Below, one piece after another: positions 1 through 9,567 of a stretch of 64,000 nt of DNA. Both the position numbers and the translations under genes were made by a program. The notes under the pieces are model-generated. The model saw nothing but the letters and a program-made list of their open reading frames with translations, had not been told where the DNA came from and made no database searches. Numbering within the stretch: the first letter of the stretch is position 1; each line of letters begins with the position of its first letter. The DNA comes from an uncultured Candidatus Saccharibacteria bacterium (GTDB lineage Bacteria; Patescibacteriota; Minisyncoccia; UBA6257; 1-14-0-10-40-38). The stretch is from NCBI GenBank assembly GCA_964543265.1, contig CAZIWN010000002.1, positions 29,554 through 93,553 on the forward strand, given 5' to 3'.

Positions 1-74
1 AGAGCAGATTCAACTGCGTCTTTTTCTTTAAGAACTTTTTCCTCGCTTGGCTTTGCAACTTTCTTCTTTCCCAT
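1..74 (-). CDS. rpsK: 30S ribosomal protein S11, 5' part (runs off window edge)
   Basis: ATG at 74-72 reads MGKKKVAKPSEEKVLKEKDAVESA..., directly downstream of rpsM as in the conserved rpsM-rpsK order; the conserved S11 core lies outside the window. Confidence 0.7.
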   Translation of the reverse strand, partial: MGKKKVAKPSEEKVLKEKDAVESA

Positions 75-89
75 AAATTTTTATAATTA

Positions 90-473
90 TTATTTCAAAT
101 CAACTTTTTTCTTTCCCGACCCTGCAGTCTTTCTAACATTTCCTCTTACTGTTCTAGAATTGGTCTTTGTCCTCTGCCCCCTTACTGGAAGACGTCTCAT
201 GTGCCTTGTACCTACATAACTTTCTATTTCTTTCATTCCCTGTATGTTCTGTTTTATAACTTGTCTCAATTCTCCCTCAACTTTGAAATTATTTCTTATA
301 TAATCCTGAATCAAATTAACTTCTGCAGGTGTTAAATCTTTAGCTCTTTTATTCGGGTCAATTTTTGTAACCTCTAAAATTTTTTTAGATAAAGTAGCGC
401 CAACTCCATATATATATGGAAGCGCTGCTTCTACTCTCTTTGCATCCGGTATATTTACTCCGCTTATTCTCAT
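90..473 (-). CDS. rpsM: 30S ribosomal protein S13
   Basis: RISGVNIP..KRV..AL..IYGVG N-terminus; RH.RRLPVRGQRTKTNSRT motif. Confidence 0.98.
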   Translation of the reverse strand: MRISGVNIPDAKRVEAALPYIYGVGATLSKKILEVTKIDPNKRAKDLTPAEVNLIQDYIRNNFKVEGELRQVIKQNIQGMKEIESYVGTRHMRRLPVRGQRTKTNSRTVRGNVRKTAGSGKKKVDLK

Positions 474-495
474 GGTTGTTTATATAAAATAAAAA

Positions 496-609
496 TTAGC
501 CCTGTCTTTGTTTGTGTTTTGGGGTCTGGCAAATAATGTGAATTCTTTTACCTCTTCTCACAGTTTTGCACTTATTACATATTGGCTTAACAGACGCTCT
601 AACCTTCAT
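496..609 (-). CDS. rpmJ: 50S ribosomal protein L36 (Zn-ribbon form); not in ORF track
   Basis: Manual translation [37 protein letters not shown], located between infA and rpsM. Confidence 0.97.
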   Translation of the reverse strand: MKVRASVKPICNKCKTVRRGKRIHIICQTPKHKQRQG

Positions 610-720
610 TTTTTTATTGAATATTAATTGTTGAATAAAACAGCTAAAAAATCAAGTATATTAGCTTAAACGAGAAAATATTCAGGCCAAATCTGCCATT
701 TTAATTGCAGAATTATCAAA

Positions 721-939
721 CTAGAATCTTCTCGAAATTCTACCTCTAGTTTCGTCATAGGGAGTAAATTCCACCATCACCCTATCCCCAGGGAGAACCC
801 TTATATGGTTCATCCTCATTTTTCCGGATAGATATGCTAAAACCTCTCTCCCATCCTCATTTATTTTAACCTTAAAAGTAGTTGCAGGAAGGGCTTCTAA
901 TACCACCCCCTCAAGACTCTTTAAATCCTTGCTCTTCAT
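721..939 (-). CDS. infA: translation initiation factor IF-1
   Basis: EGVVLEALP..F.V, LAYLSGKMRMNHIRVLPGDRV.VE.TPYD..RGRI. Confidence 0.97.
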   Translation of the reverse strand: MKSKDLKSLEGVVLEALPATTFKVKINEDGREVLAYLSGKMRMNHIRVLPGDRVMVEFTPYDETRGRISRRF

Positions 940-1004
940 TACTTAAGATTTTAATAAATTAAGGTTTTTTAACTCGTGGATATATGATAGCTAAAGACAA
1001 TAAA

Positions 1005-2687
1005 TTAGTCAACGGTTAAGTTGATTTTTTCTACTTTTGGCACTTTTTTAACCCAAAAAGGCCAAAGAGCCACTTCCGCACTCTGCAATCCAGAAACTGA
1101 GAAAATAAGAGCCTTAACTTCAGATTCAGATTTAGCGGAAAGCTTATTCCTCAAATCATCAATATTAATTTTTTTAGAAACAACAGCATCATAATTAAAC
1201 TCGAAGGAAAGCTCAGCTCCCTTATTTTTCTGATCATTTTTTAAAGCATAATTAGATGTTGCGCTTTTAACGTCAACATCAACTCCCTCGCCCTTCTTTA
1301 ATTTTTGATCCACTATAGATAAAACATCGGATTCCTTAAATCCTATAATAGAAGCCTCTCCCTCAGAGAACACTGAAAAGGTATTATTTTTAGAGTAGTC
1401 GGTTGTTATCTCTTGTTTTAAAATTTTAAAAGAAATACTGTTCTCTAAAAATTTAAGTTCTGTTGGAATTTTAGCTAAAAGAATTGATTTTATAGAAGAC
1501 TCTAAATTCTTTGCAGATTCCTGTTTTGCCTTGCTAATTTCATCAGTTGTTGGACTAGCTATTTCACCGACAAATCCCCCGGTAAATTTGTCCTTTACAA
1601 CAGCATATATGGAATTTTCCTTAGGTGTTCCCTTAAATGCTGGAAGTTTTAATTTAATCCCTTCTAAAATATTATAATCAGCCCCCGCATTTTCAGAGAC
1701 AACATCGGCAACAATTTCAGAGCCTTCAATTTTTCCATCTGTTACCTTAGCTCCTGGTACAACAACCTTCTTTACTAATCTATAGATTTTTCCATCAGGA
1801 GTTTCAAATCTTGAGTTTTGAACCAAAGACTGTGAAGCAGAACTAAAAGTGTTATAAATCGTAATTTTACCAGAAGCTTTCTCGGCTATTCTTTTTTTAG
1901 AGTTAGTAGGAAAAGACATTGTAAAGTTTCTTTGTTCCTTAAAAACTTGTCCTGGAATTTTATTTAAAGAAACATCAATTCTCGCTAAATTAAGATCGGC
2001 ACTGACAACTTCTTTAAAAGACCAATTTTTTCTTGCCAATTTTATTTTTATATCAGCTTTTGGAAAAGCAAAGACAGTTAAATAAAACATTAAAGGCAAA
2101 AACACCAACACGCACGCCATTAGAACAAATTTATATTTTTTTCTTGGTTTTTTCTCAACTACATCGTCCTGAGCGTATTCATTAACTTTTTTATTTTTTT
2201 TAAAAAATGAGAATTTACTGCCCTCTTTAAAATCAGTCAGAACAGGAACATCCCCTTCTTCCTCAAATTTCTCATCATCAGCAACAAGTCTTTCTTCTGG
2301 TAAATTTTTCTTTGGATTAAACAATATCTCTGGAGCTTCTTCCACCGAATCCACTTCTAAAAATTCACTACCCTGTTTCTTCTGCTTAACACCTATATCA
2401 AAAACTTTTTTGGTAGGAATATCTGAAAAAAATGGATTAAAAGCTTTAAATCCATGATGTTTAGCGAATCCTATTAATTTTTCATCTACAGACTCAAAAA
2501 CAACATTTTTTCCCAATGCATCTACTTCTTTTTTTAGTATTCTAAAATTAGAACCGCTAGACACAAGTTTTGAAAATCTTGGCACCTCTAAAGTAATATC
2601 CGCTACTTCGGCTTTTGAAATAATATCAACTATTTCAGATAAATCTGTATTTTTTTCAATGACTATTTTGCCCAATTGGTTTTTCAT
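1005..2687 (-). CDS. membrane-anchored protein with probable Baseplate J-like extracytoplasmic domain
   Basis: Single TM segment (FVLMACVLVFLPLMFYLTVFAF) followed by KASGKITIYN...TPDGKIYRL...AGADYNI...FTGG and C-terminal WPFWVKKVP; resembles a family I recall from CPR genomes (no search run). Confidence 0.55.
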   Translation of the reverse strand: MKNQLGKIVIEKNTDLSEIVDIISKAEVADITLEVPRFSKLVSSGSNFRILKKEVDALGKNVVFESVDEKLIGFAKHHGFKAFNPFFSDIPTKKVFDIGVKQKKQGSEFLEVDSVEEAPEILFNPKKNLPEERLVADDEKFEEEGDVPVLTDFKEGSKFSFFKKNKKVNEYAQDDVVEKKPRKKYKFVLMACVLVFLPLMFYLTVFAFPKADIKIKLARKNWSFKEVVSADLNLARIDVSLNKIPGQVFKEQRNFTMSFPTNSKKRIAEKASGKITIYNTFSSASQSLVQNSRFETPDGKIYRLVKKVVVPGAKVTDGKIEGSEIVADVVSENAGADYNILEGIKLKLPAFKGTPKENSIYAVVKDKFTGGFVGEIASPTTDEISKAKQESAKNLESSIKSILLAKIPTELKFLENSISFKILKQEITTDYSKNNTFSVFSEGEASIIGFKESDVLSIVDQKLKKGEGVDVDVKSATSNYALKNDQKNKGAELSFEFNYDAVVSKKINIDDLRNKLSAKSESEVKALIFSVSGLQSAEVALWPFWVKKVPKVEKINLTVD

Positions 2688-2791
2688 TATTAAATCTATT
2701 ATACGTAAAAACAGAAACTATTTCCACTAATTTGTAAACAAATTGTTTTTAATATTGAAGAGATATAAGATTGATTAAAAGAATAAATTAA

Positions 2792-3664
2792 ATGAAAAAT
2801 TTACTACTCATAGATGCCAGCGCTCTAATTCATCGCTTCTATCATGCCCTGCCAGAATTCGAGAATCAAAAAGGAGAAAGAACAGAAAGTTTATACGGTC
2901 TTTCCAACCTAATGCTTAAATTTTTTATAGATAAAAAAATGGATTTTTGGCTAGCTGGATTAGATAGGCCAGAACCAACCTGGAGAAAAAAAGAGTTTGA
3001 TGAATACAAAATTCAAAGACCCAAAGCAGAAAATCGTTTAATTGAGCAAATTAAAAGGATGCCAGAAATATTTTCAGCTTTCGGAATAGCGGCGCTCAGT
3101 TCCCCCGGATTTGAAGCTGACGATATTATCGGTACCGTTGTAGAAAAATTAAAAAATAATCCAGAAATTAAAATCACGATTCTTTCTGGTGACCACGACA
3201 TGTTTCAACTTATCGAAGATGACAAAATAGTAGTTGAACTTCCCCAAAGCGGAATTAATGAAATTAAAACCTATAATGAACAGGGTATTTTTGAAAAATA
3301 TGAAATACTTCCCAATCAAATTCCAGATTTTAAAGGATTAAAAGGAGACGCTTCCGATAATATTCCAGGCATTGAAGGTATCGGAGAAAAAGCCGCTAAA
3401 GATCTACTTAAAGAATTTAAAAATATAGAAGGTATTTATGAAAATCTTCCGATTATAAAAAATAAAATTGCCGAAAAACTAGAAAATAAATATGAAGATT
3501 GTTTGCTATACAGACGCCTTGCCACCATTAGACGCGATGCCCCAATCGAAATTCCCGAAATAGAAAATCTTGCCGCCACAAAACTAAATAAAGAAAATCT
3601 TCTGAAATTATTTGAAAATCTCGGTTTCCCTAGTCTGACAAAAAAACTAGAGGAGATTAAATAA
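2792..3664 (+). CDS. stand-alone 5'-3' exonuclease / flap endonuclease (PolA N-terminal domain only)
   Basis: LLLIDA..LIHR.YHA, GFEADDIIGT, SGDHDMFQL, GDASDNIPGIEGIGEKAA (H3TH); ends at 290 aa with no polymerase domain. Confidence 0.9.
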   Translation: MKNLLLIDASALIHRFYHALPEFENQKGERTESLYGLSNLMLKFFIDKKMDFWLAGLDRPEPTWRKKEFDEYKIQRPKAENRLIEQIKRMPEIFSAFGIAALSSPGFEADDIIGTVVEKLKNNPEIKITILSGDHDMFQLIEDDKIVVELPQSGINEIKTYNEQGIFEKYEILPNQIPDFKGLKGDASDNIPGIEGIGEKAAKDLLKEFKNIEGIYENLPIIKNKIAEKLENKYEDCLLYRRLATIRRDAPIEIPEIENLAATKLNKENLLKLFENLGFPSLTKKLEEIK

Positions 3665-3666
3665 CA

Positions 3667-4950
3667 TTATTCCTCTTCTTCTAAAATTTCTCTTTGAGGA
3701 ATTAATTTTGCTTCAAGTGGAAGCGTAAAATAAACTACCGTTCCCCTATTCAATCTAGAAGCAATCCAAATCTTTCCTCCATGTCTGGCTATAATGTTTT
3801 TAGCTATAAATAATCCCAAGCCATTCCCTTCAACAGAGGTTCTGCGCGCATTGTTGCCACGGAAAAACTTTTGGAATATTTTATCAATATCTGCCTCATC
3901 TATACCCACGCCAGTATCCTTAATGCTTACCTGAAGATATGGCTCTTCCGACATTTTTTCTATTTTTACTATTATCTCTCCGTTTTGAATATTGTATCTT
4001 ATAGAATTATCTAAAATATTTTTCAAAGCTATTCCTAGTCTTATCGGATCAAAACTCATCTTAAGAATCTCAATTCCAGACTTATCAAAATAAATCTTAA
4101 TTTTTCTTAAATCTGCTCTTTCCTGTATTTCTGAAAGAAGTTTCTCTAAAAATTCAACAAAATTTTCTTCCTTAAATTCATAACCAAATCTACCCTCTTC
4201 AATTTTTGCCACATCTAGTAAATTAGAAACTATTTTAAGCAATTGAGATACCCCTCCTTGCGCACTCGCAACTAGCATTTTTTGAGAATCAGACAAAGGT
4301 TCATTTTTTAAATTTTCAATTGACCAGTTTATTGCAGTAAGAGGTGTTTGAAGTTGATGCGAAGCAATTGTTAAAAACTCTTTCTTCTGGGCTAAAAGCT
4401 TTAATTCTCTAGTTTTATCTTCTATTAATTTTATAAAAAGAGACTCTTTCTGATTTTTTAATTCATTTGTAGTTACTTTTATTTCTAAATAAGGATCAGA
4501 AAATGTGAATGTTAAAATTTGAGGATATTCTCCCGGATTAGTCCTCCTCACAACCGTCTCGGCAAGAGCTGGAAATATGGTCGAAGTTAAAACTATCATC
4601 TTAGACTGTAAATTTTTCTTATCATTTAAAGTTATGGTTTGACCGATAACTTCTGAAGCAGATAATCCAAATATTTTTTCAGCAGATTTATTAAATTTTA
4701 AAATCTTAAAGTTTTGATCATGAATGATTATTCCCTCTCTAGCCTCATTTAAGATATTTTCGAATTCTTCTCTTTGAGCTAAAAACAGTTTCCTTTTTCT
4801 AAGAAAATTAACAAAAAATACTACAGTTAAAACTAAAATTTCAAATAGAAGAATAAAAAGACCATTTTCTGGAGGAATTAAAAATCCCAAAGTACCAAAA
4901 AAAATAGCTGAAGACAAAAATAATATAGAAAACAAATCAAAGATAGGCAT
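3667..4950 (-). CDS. membrane PAS-domain sensor histidine kinase
   Basis: Two N-terminal TMs, PAS (FNKSAEKIFG...EVIG), H-box ASHQLQTPL, N-box NILDNSIRY, G1 DTGVGI, G2 GNGLGL. Confidence 0.93.
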   Translation of the reverse strand: MPIFDLFSILFLSSAIFFGTLGFLIPPENGLFILLFEILVLTVVFFVNFLRKRKLFLAQREEFENILNEAREGIIIHDQNFKILKFNKSAEKIFGLSASEVIGQTITLNDKKNLQSKMIVLTSTIFPALAETVVRRTNPGEYPQILTFTFSDPYLEIKVTTNELKNQKESLFIKLIEDKTRELKLLAQKKEFLTIASHQLQTPLTAINWSIENLKNEPLSDSQKMLVASAQGGVSQLLKIVSNLLDVAKIEEGRFGYEFKEENFVEFLEKLLSEIQERADLRKIKIYFDKSGIEILKMSFDPIRLGIALKNILDNSIRYNIQNGEIIVKIEKMSEEPYLQVSIKDTGVGIDEADIDKIFQKFFRGNNARRTSVEGNGLGLFIAKNIIARHGGKIWIASRLNRGTVVYFTLPLEAKLIPQREILEEEE

Positions 4951-5017
4951 CGAAACAAATTATAACACGATTTTACGACAAGGCGGAGCTATGATTTAAT
5001 TTGAATATTAAACAAAA

Positions 5018-5860
5018 ATGCCCGAATTACCAGAAGTTGAAACCATAGTTGGTGACCTAAATAAAGAAATTAAAGGAAATACAATTTCCGATATTTTAGT
5101 CTTTAACGAAAGAACTTTTAAAAATTATTCTCCAAAAACAAGAGAATTGATTAAAAACTCTAAAATAGAAAAATTTGAACGTGCTGGTAAATACATAATC
5201 TTTCACCTAAAAAAAGCTGATAAAAATTCATTTTTAATAACTCATCTTAAAATGACGGGTAATTTTTCTATTATTAAAAATACAAACCCCAAAGAAATAA
5301 AAAACATCAAGCACGCGCGTGCTGCATTCGTTCTCAAATCAAAAGATGCACTTGTTTTCAAAGATATAAGAAAATTTGGAAAAATATATTTTGAAAGTAA
5401 AAACTCTGCCGAAGATCTAGAAACAATAAAAAATCTCGGCCCTGATGCCCTACTCAATCTCAATCTAAAAGAGTTTGAAAAAAATATCTTAAAAAGGAAA
5501 ACCAAAATAAAACCCCTTCTTTTAAATCAAGAATTTATTTCCGGCTTAGGCAATATTTATGCCGACGAAAGTCTTTGGTCTTCAAAAATACACCCACTTA
5601 CTCCAGCAAATAAATTATCCAAAAAACAAATAAAAGAATTATTTAATTCCATTCAAGCAATTCTTAAAACCGCTGTCGAACTAAGAGGATCTTCAATGCG
5701 AGACTATAAAGACTTACTTGGCAAAGAAGGTGGTTACATAAAAATCAGAAAAGTATATATGCGGGAAGGTCTTCCTTGTTTTAGGTGTAAAACTAAAATT
5801 ATAAAAACAAAAATAGGCGCCCGAAGCGCCCATTTCTGCCCTAACTGTCAGAAGATTTAA
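5018..5860 (+). CDS. mutM: formamidopyrimidine-DNA glycosylase (Fpg)
   Basis: MPELPEVET, RAGKY, HLKMTG, GLGNIYADE, C-terminal CxxC...CPNCQ zinc finger. Confidence 0.97.
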   Translation: MPELPEVETIVGDLNKEIKGNTISDILVFNERTFKNYSPKTRELIKNSKIEKFERAGKYIIFHLKKADKNSFLITHLKMTGNFSIIKNTNPKEIKNIKHARAAFVLKSKDALVFKDIRKFGKIYFESKNSAEDLETIKNLGPDALLNLNLKEFEKNILKRKTKIKPLLLNQEFISGLGNIYADESLWSSKIHPLTPANKLSKKQIKELFNSIQAILKTAVELRGSSMRDYKDLLGKEGGYIKIRKVYMREGLPCFRCKTKIIKTKIGARSAHFCPNCQKI

Positions 5861-7602
5861 TCTACTATTCCCCTAATTCTTCTAACTCCTGCTCCAACCG
5901 CTTCCTCTTTAGCAATTTTAAATTTACCAACCTCTCCCGTATGAGTTACGTGCGGACCTCCGCAAAACTCTTTCGAAAAAGCATCTTCTAGCGATTTTCC
6001 GGCAAAATAAACCTTAACTCGTTCTGGATATTTTTCCCTAAAGAAATATAGAGCTCCTGTTTTTTCAGCTTCAGACTTACTCATTTCTCTAAATTGCATT
6101 GGCAAATCAGCCTGCACGGCCCCATTTACCAACTCCTCAACTTTTTTAATTTCATCTGGGGTTAGCTTTCTTGGAAAAGCAAAATCAAAACGCGTTCTTT
6201 CGGCTGTTATATCTGATCCTTTTTGCGAAACTTCTGGTCCTAAAACTTTTCTCAAAGCCGCCTGAAGCAAATGAGTCGCCGTATGAAGCCGAGTCACTTT
6301 TTTAAGCTCTACCTCATCTTTTGCCTTTAATTCACCAGTATCCAAGAGTAATCCATGTCCGCCAAATTTCTTTTCTGCCCCAGCCTTGGATATTTCCTGA
6401 TGTTTAGCAAATTCCCTATCAAAGTCTTCTCTATTTAAACCTGAAGCTCTGGATTTTCCAAACTCTTTTACAACTTCATATGGCAAGCCGAAACTCTGAT
6501 AAAGGTCGAACGCCCCCTTTGCGTCTATCGCCTCTAAAATATCCAACTCTTTTAATCCTTTTTCGATTGTACGATTAAATTTTATATACTCCTCTTCGCA
6601 AACACCTCTAATAATTTCTATTTTTAAATTTGGATAAATACTTCCATATCTGACAACAACTTCATCAATTAGATTATAAAAATCAAAACCCGATCCTGAA
6701 TTTGATCTTAGCCATATATAGCTATAGGTGATAACCCTTCTTAACAACCTTCTCAAAACATAACCAGCATCCTTATTAGAAGGTCTAATTCCATCGGAAA
6801 TCAAAAATGCGGAGCTACGTGCATGATCGGCAAAAATCAGTTTTGTCTTAAGCTCCATTTCCTTTGGCAATTTTTCAACTATAGACTCAAATAAATCCGT
6901 TTCAAAAACATTTTTCTTCTTCTGACCTACCATAGCCAATCTCTCTAAACCCATTCCCGTATCAATTCCCTGTATCTTTAAATCAGTAAGCCTATTTTCC
7001 TTATCACGATAAAACTGATTAAAAACAACATTCCAAATTTCAATTCCATTAACATATATTTCAGTTGTCGGTCCGCAAGGTCCCTCATTTCCAGTTGGTC
7101 CCCAAAAATTATCAGATCCCTCTCTTCTAATCTTATCTTTTGGAACATATTTCTGCCAAATCTCATAAGACTCCTCATCGAACGGCACGCCCTTTCTCCA
7201 ATCACCGGCCGGAACTTTTTCAGGGTCGAAAACAGTCACATAATCAATATCAAGCCTCATTTCTTTAGCAATAAATTCATAAGCATATTTAATCGCTTCT
7301 TCTTTCCAATAGCCGCCGAACGAAAAATTACCCAACATTTCAAAAAACGTTAAATGTCTTTCATCTCCAACTTCATCTATATCAGAAGTTCTAAAACATT
7401 TTTGGATTGAAACAGTATTTTTAGATTTAAAATCAGCCATCGGATCCAGCTCTCCAGTAAAATACTTTTTAAACTGTTGCATTCCAGCGGTCGTCAAAAG
7501 TACCGATGGATCATCTGGCAAAAGAGAGGAGGATGGCACATATTTATGGCCATTCTTTTCAAAAAAACTTATGAATTTTTTTCTGATTTCTTCGTGAGTC
7601 AT
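5857..7602 (-). CDS. alaS: alanine--tRNA ligase, short form lacking C-Ala domain
   Basis: TAGMQQFK, HLTFFEMLGNFSFG.Y, IDTGMGLERL, editing motifs HTATH and EFCGGPH, ends at GVRRI. Confidence 0.96.
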   Translation of the reverse strand: MTHEEIRKKFISFFEKNGHKYVPSSSLLPDDPSVLLTTAGMQQFKKYFTGELDPMADFKSKNTVSIQKCFRTSDIDEVGDERHLTFFEMLGNFSFGGYWKEEAIKYAYEFIAKEMRLDIDYVTVFDPEKVPAGDWRKGVPFDEESYEIWQKYVPKDKIRREGSDNFWGPTGNEGPCGPTTEIYVNGIEIWNVVFNQFYRDKENRLTDLKIQGIDTGMGLERLAMVGQKKKNVFETDLFESIVEKLPKEMELKTKLIFADHARSSAFLISDGIRPSNKDAGYVLRRLLRRVITYSYIWLRSNSGSGFDFYNLIDEVVVRYGSIYPNLKIEIIRGVCEEEYIKFNRTIEKGLKELDILEAIDAKGAFDLYQSFGLPYEVVKEFGKSRASGLNREDFDREFAKHQEISKAGAEKKFGGHGLLLDTGELKAKDEVELKKVTRLHTATHLLQAALRKVLGPEVSQKGSDITAERTRFDFAFPRKLTPDEIKKVEELVNGAVQADLPMQFREMSKSEAEKTGALYFFREKYPERVKVYFAGKSLEDAFSKEFCGGPHVTHTGEVGKFKIAKEEAVGAGVRRIRGIVD

Positions 7603-7650
7603 TTGGTATTAAAAATACAATAAAAAAGGATAATTTCAAAATTCACCATA

Positions 7651-7696
7651 AAATAAAAAATAACCCCTCTATATTAGAGGGGTTATTTTTTATTTT
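7651..7696. terminator. bidirectional intrinsic terminator
   Basis: AAATAAAAAATAACCCCTCTA-TAT-TAGAGGGGTTATTTTTTATTT palindrome right after the 7696 stop codon. Confidence 0.85.
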
Positions 7697-8235
7697 TAAG
7701 AATTCAAATTTTTTAAAATCTCTGACATATCTGAATATAAATCAGATACTCCGTCTATTTCTATTTTTCCAGAATTAACAAATCTTCTAAGTCTCGCCCA
7801 ACTAGATTTCATCCTCGAAATAGAATCTGATAAATCATTTATATTTTCTTCACTTAAAGAAGAGGAAACTTCTTTCATATTTCCCAAACTCTCCTTAAAA
7901 GCTGATATAGATTTTTCAACAGCTGAAGGATTGTCAATTTCCATTGAAATCATTTTTCTAATTTCCAAAACAGCTTTTTCTTGAATCTGCTCCTCTAGTT
8001 CAAACTTTTTAAATGGAGAATTGGAAAAAATCCTATAAGCACCCCTCTTCATTCCCCTGCCAAAAGATTCCATAAAATAGAATGGATTTGTAGGTAAAAT
8101 ACCCGCGGAAGACAAGTTTTCTACAGAAGAATCATCAGTATTAGATTGTTCTTCGGAAGCAAAAGCAGTAGAAGTCAAAAGAAAAGAAATAGCCAATAAC
8201 ATTGCCAAAAAGCTATATTTCATTGATTTTTTCAT
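7696..8235 (-). CDS. secreted helical protein, DUF5667-like
   Basis: Signal peptide ending AFA; AGILPTNPFYF motif typical of DUF5667-type proteins. Confidence 0.65.
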   Translation of the reverse strand: MKKSMKYSFLAMLLAISFLLTSTAFASEEQSNTDDSSVENLSSAGILPTNPFYFMESFGRGMKRGAYRIFSNSPFKKFELEEQIQEKAVLEIRKMISMEIDNPSAVEKSISAFKESLGNMKEVSSSLSEENINDLSDSISRMKSSWARLRRFVNSGKIEIDGVSDLYSDMSEILKNLNS

Positions 8236-8310
8236 ATGTTTTATAAGTATAGCAGATCCACGGTTAATATCAAAACCCTATCCACTTATACCTATATTAT
8301 ACTAAATAAT

Positions 8311-9552
8311 TTAATAACCGTCAAGCATGTGGCTTTTATCGTGTTCTTTTATCTTTTGGAGAGCCTTAGCCTCAATCTGCCTTATTCTCTCTCTGGTAAC
8401 TCCGAATTTCTGACCCACCTCTTCAAGAGTATGAGAAATATCATCGCTAAGCCCGAATCTCATCTTTAAAATATCCTGCTCTCTAGGAGCCAAATCAACT
8501 AAAATTTCTGTTATTTTTTCTTTCAATAATCCCTGAGAAGCGATCTGGGACGGCGTAAGATTTTTATCGTCTGGAATAAATTCGGCAAGTAATGAATCCT
8601 CATCATCGCCACCAATCGGTGATTCAAGTGAAATTACTTCCTGAGAAATTTTCTGTATATGATGAACCTTCTCAACAGGCAAACCCATCTCAACCGCGAT
8701 CTCCTCTGGCAACGGCACACGACCTAAATCTTGAGTTAACTGTCTTTTAGCTTGGGTAAACTTAGCAATCGTCTCAACCATATGCACAGGAATCCTAATA
8801 GTCCTTGATTGGTCTGCCAAAGCGCGAGTAACAGCCTGCCTAATCCACCAAGTCGCATAAGTAGAAAACTTAAAACCTCTCCTATAGTCGAATTTATCCA
8901 CTGCTTTCGATAAACCAATATTTCCTTCCTGGATAAGATCCAACAAACTCAAATTAAATGACCTATGGGCATATCTTTTTGCAATAGAAACTACGAGTCT
9001 CAAGTTTGACTTAATAAATTTATGTCTAGCATCCTCATCACCCTTTTCGCATCTTTTAGCCAATTCTTTTTCCTCTTCAAAAGTTAAAAGAGGCGTCCTG
9101 CCTATTTCTCTTAAATACATCTGGACAGAATCTGGCAACTCTTCAAATCCAGGCACATATGCTGCTTCTTCCAGCTCCTTCTTAGAAATCTCACTTCTAT
9201 CATCTATATCTATAAGCTGATTAGCCTCAACAACCTTAATATTGCTCTTATCAAGCTCTTTATATATCTCTTCTATAAAATTCACATCATCCTCTATGTG
9301 AGGAAAGAAATGTATAACCTCTGATTCAGTGACAAATCCCCTACTTCTTCCCTTTTCTATAAGCTCATTTAAAGCTTCTATATTTATCTTTTTCTTTAAA
9401 GCATCCTTAGAAAGCTTACCTTCTTTCTTTTTACTTTTTGATTTAGAACTGGATTTTTTTAATCCACTCTTTTTAGCCTTAGGCTTTTTAATTTTCGCTT
9501 TTTTAAGCGATTTTGAACCTTTCTTATTAAGTTTTTTAAGCTTTTTCTTCAT
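8311..9552 (-). CDS. rpoD: RNA polymerase primary sigma factor
   Basis: [62 protein letters not shown]; follows dnaG. Confidence 0.97.
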   Translation of the reverse strand: MKKKLKKLNKKGSKSLKKAKIKKPKAKKSGLKKSSSKSKSKKKEGKLSKDALKKKINIEALNELIEKGRSRGFVTESEVIHFFPHIEDDVNFIEEIYKELDKSNIKVVEANQLIDIDDRSEISKKELEEAAYVPGFEELPDSVQMYLREIGRTPLLTFEEEKELAKRCEKGDEDARHKFIKSNLRLVVSIAKRYAHRSFNLSLLDLIQEGNIGLSKAVDKFDYRRGFKFSTYATWWIRQAVTRALADQSRTIRIPVHMVETIAKFTQAKRQLTQDLGRVPLPEEIAVEMGLPVEKVHHIQKISQEVISLESPIGGDDEDSLLAEFIPDDKNLTPSQIASQGLLKEKITEILVDLAPREQDILKMRFGLSDDISHTLEEVGQKFGVTRERIRQIEAKALQKIKEHDKSHMLDGY

Positions 9553-9567
9553 TAGAAGATTTAGACC

